NCBI GenBank assembly: GCA_949283235.1 | Contig: CASDRY010000143.1 | Coordinates: 3,401-67,400 of the forward strand | Length of the DNA: 64,000 nt | Origin: an uncultured Spirochaetales bacterium | Lineage (GTDB): Bacteria > Spirochaetota > Spirochaetia > Sphaerochaetales > Sphaerochaetaceae | Reading direction: 5' to 3' | In this document: in pieces, positions 62,301 through 64,000 of the stretch | Layout of the letters: each line of letters begins with the position of its first letter | How positions within the stretch are numbered: position 1 is the first letter of the stretch | Program-made: the position numbers and the translations under genes | Notes under the pieces: model-generated | The model's input: the letters and a program-made list of their open reading frames with translations, nothing else | Told to the model about the DNA's origin: nothing | The model's database searches: none

Positions 62301-63215
62301 TTAATTCTTGAGACGCGGATCAAGAGCATCTCTCAGGCCATCTCCAAGCAAGTTGAAACAACCGATATTCAGCATGATTGTGAGACCAGGGAATGTAACC
62401 ATCCACCAGCTGCTTCGGATATACTGACGAGCAGAACTAAGCATCATTCCCCATTCCGCTGTAGGAGGTTGTATACCAAGGCCAAGGAAGCTGAGACCAC
62501 AAGCGCTGAGAATACCACTTGCAATACCGATTGTTCCCTGAACAATGATAGGAGCAAGGGAATTAGGTATCAGATGGCGGAATATAAGCCTCATATTGGA
62601 AGCACCAATAGCTGTTGCGGCCTCCACAAATTCCATTCCTTTATTTGCGAGAACAGAACTGCGGACGATTCTTGCAAAACGAGGGACATTGCTTATAGCG
62701 ATAGCAAACAGCATATTCCCCAGTCCCGTTCCTAGCGAGGCTGCTATAGCCAGAGCTAGTAGCATATTAGGGATTGCAAGGAAAACGTCCATTATACGCA
62801 TCAGCACTTCATCGATCTTTCCACCATAGAAAGCAGCAACAGCTCCTATGATTCCACCAAGGAAAAGACTGATAACAACAGAAACGATTCCGATAATAAG
62901 AGACATTCTGGATCCCCAGATTATCCTGCTCAGGATGCAACGTCCCAGATTATCAGTTCCTAATGGGTAATCAGCAGATGGAGGTGTAAATGCAACTGCG
63001 TAATTCTGCTCATCATATCCATATGGAGCAATTTGTGCGGGGAAAATAGCAAATATCATGAAAACCAAGATTATCGCACCCGCAATCATAGCGGCCTTAT
63101 TCTTTAAAAGCCTATGCCATGCAGCCTTGGTAGGGCTGATTGACGAACCTGTATTCTTTATCTTTGCTCTCGCTCTCTCAGCTCTTTCAACAGCTGGAGT
63201 AATCATCTTTGCCAT
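62301..63215 (-). CDS. ABC importer permease (OppC/DppC-like)
   Basis: Six TM helices with the EAA-type loop (FVEAATAIGASNMRLIFRHLIPN). Confidence 0.85.
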   Translation of the reverse strand: MAKMITPAVERAERARAKIKNTGSSISPTKAAWHRLLKNKAAMIAGAIILVFMIFAIFPAQIAPYGYDEQNYAVAFTPPSADYPLGTDNLGRCILSRIIWGSRMSLIIGIVSVVISLFLGGIIGAVAAFYGGKIDEVLMRIMDVFLAIPNMLLALAIAASLGTGLGNMLFAIAISNVPRFARIVRSSVLANKGMEFVEAATAIGASNMRLIFRHLIPNSLAPIIVQGTIGIASGILSACGLSFLGLGIQPPTAEWGMMLSSARQYIRSSWWMVTFPGLTIMLNIGCFNLLGDGLRDALDPRLKN

Positions 63216-64000
63216 TATGCAACTGCCTCCTTCTTTTTCTTCTTAGAGCTATAAAGCGATTTCATTCGTGGATCGATATATGCATAAAGAACATCAACAA
63301 GCAGATTACATACACTTGAAACGAACGCAAGAATAACTACACCACCCATAATTACTGGATAGTTTCTATTTGTAATGGCTTCTACCATGTACTTACCGAT
63401 TCCAGGAATTGCGAAAACAGTTTCTGTAAGAACAGCACCACTGAGAAGTGATCCGAATTCAAGACCTATGATTGTAACTATAGGTATCAACGCGTTACCA
63501 AGCGCATGCTTGACAATGACATTGAATTCAGACTCACCTTTTGCTCTAGCTGTGCGGATATAATCCTGGCGAATAACTTCGAGCATGCTGGAACGTGTTG
63601 TTCGTGTAATTGTCGCCATCGTACTGGTTCCGATAGTGAGACATGGAAGAACCCAGTATTCAGGGCCATAGAAACCAGAGGATGGGAACCATCCAAGATA
63701 GACAGAGAATATGAGAATATTCATAAGACCCTGCCAGAAATTCGGCATTGAAACACCAATGAAAGAAAGCAATGAGGAGAAGTAATCTATTACCGTATTC
63801 TGCCAGGTTGCAGCAGCAATTCCCAGCGGAATACCTATTCCAACGGCTATCAATGTACTGATTCCTGCCAGAATCAAAGTTGTAGGCATTCGGTCAAGAA
63901 CCTCTGCAATGACAGGCTCACCTGTCTTGTATGAGGTACCTAGATCACCTCGTGTGAAAATTCCTACTATGTAATCAAGATATTGAACAATAAGAGGCCG
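63215..64000 (-). CDS. ABC importer permease (OppB/DppB-like), N-terminus beyond the window
   Basis: The reading frame stays open upstream of the listed Met at 63889 to the window edge (...RPLIVQYLDYIVGIFTRGDLGTSYKTGEPVIAEVLDRMPTTL...). EAA loop YIRTARAKGESEFNVIVKHALGN. TAATG overlap with the next permease gene. Confidence 0.85.
   Translation of the reverse strand, partial: RPLIVQYLDYIVGIFTRGDLGTSYKTGEPVIAEVLDRMPTTLILAGISTLIAVGIGIPLGIAAATWQNTVIDYFSSLLSFIGVSMPNFWQGLMNILIFSVYLGWFPSSGFYGPEYWVLPCLTIGTSTMATITRTTRSSMLEVIRQDYIRTARAKGESEFNVIVKHALGNALIPIVTIIGLEFGSLLSGAVLTETVFAIPGIGKYMVEAITNRNYPVIMGGVVILAFVSSVCNLLVDVLYAYIDPRMKSLYSSKKKKKEAVA

Noticed and set aside
1-64000. Window-wide look for rRNA, tRNA, CRISPR arrays, transposases or IS inverted repeats, integrases and phage genes.
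   Set aside because: None recognised. All ORFs over 100 aa are accounted for either by the annotated genes or by their antisense shadows. Intergenic regions were read by eye only, so small RNAs cannot be excluded.

Overview
The window is gene-dense, with 61 protein-coding genes called, roughly 90% coding and mostly on the minus strand. I recognised no rRNA, tRNA, CRISPR array, transposase, integrase or prophage genes. All family calls come from motifs read by eye in the translations; no database search was possible. The taxonomic flavour is spirochaete-like (tentative). Evidence for that is a class I lysyl-tRNA synthetase, many lipoproteins with ...(L/F)(F/V/S)(S/A)C lipoboxes, and a Rex plus HydABC-type [FeFe] hydrogenase.

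Content in order:
- rplU (partial)
- a dedicated ECF importer operon: DUF3842-like, ecfA1, ecfA2, ecfT, S component, small P-loop kinase
- an orphan lipoprotein
- a long overlapping minus-strand gene string: glpK, cdaA, cdaR-like, acpS, truA, UDG-like, priA
- a LysR-controlled operon: SLC13-like permease, SDR, amidohydrolase, BCCT transporter
- an M16 protease and nfo
- a tight 4-gene envelope module of unknown function
- an EIIA(Ntr)-like gene coupled to a PH-like membrane protein
- a large lipoprotein
- hydC, GHKL-ATPase, hydD-like, hydB, hydA, with divergent rex
- ogg
- a binding-protein/YesM/YesN-type three-component sensor
- an EEP-family lipoprotein, clpP, another lipoprotein, era
- a heterodimeric ABC exporter
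- lysK (class I), rlpA, dlgD/yiaK
- an AT-rich islet: orphan DinJ/RelB antitoxin, a small secreted protein, a COG1373 AAA ATPase
- dhaKL
- a PepT-family (Opp/Dpp-like) ABC importer operon

Most unusual observations:
1. Three tandem divergent paralogues of a cytoplasmic TPR-like protein sit between the ATPase genes and the binding-protein gene of the ABC importer.
2. The uncharacterised 4-gene envelope module.
3. Two copies of a 25-26 bp near-palindrome, 73 bp apart, bracket a consensus-like promoter in front of the AAA ATPase.
4. The hydrogenase operon has a cysteine-free thioredoxin-like 'ferredoxin' next to a stand-alone GHKL ATPase.
5. The substrate of the ECF/DUF3842/kinase salvage operon is unknown, and it has paired direct repeats at its promoter.

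Several genes use GTG or TTG starts that overlap the upstream stop (GTGA/TTGA): the kinase, ecfA1, priA, cdaA and the 22644..24008 lipoprotein.
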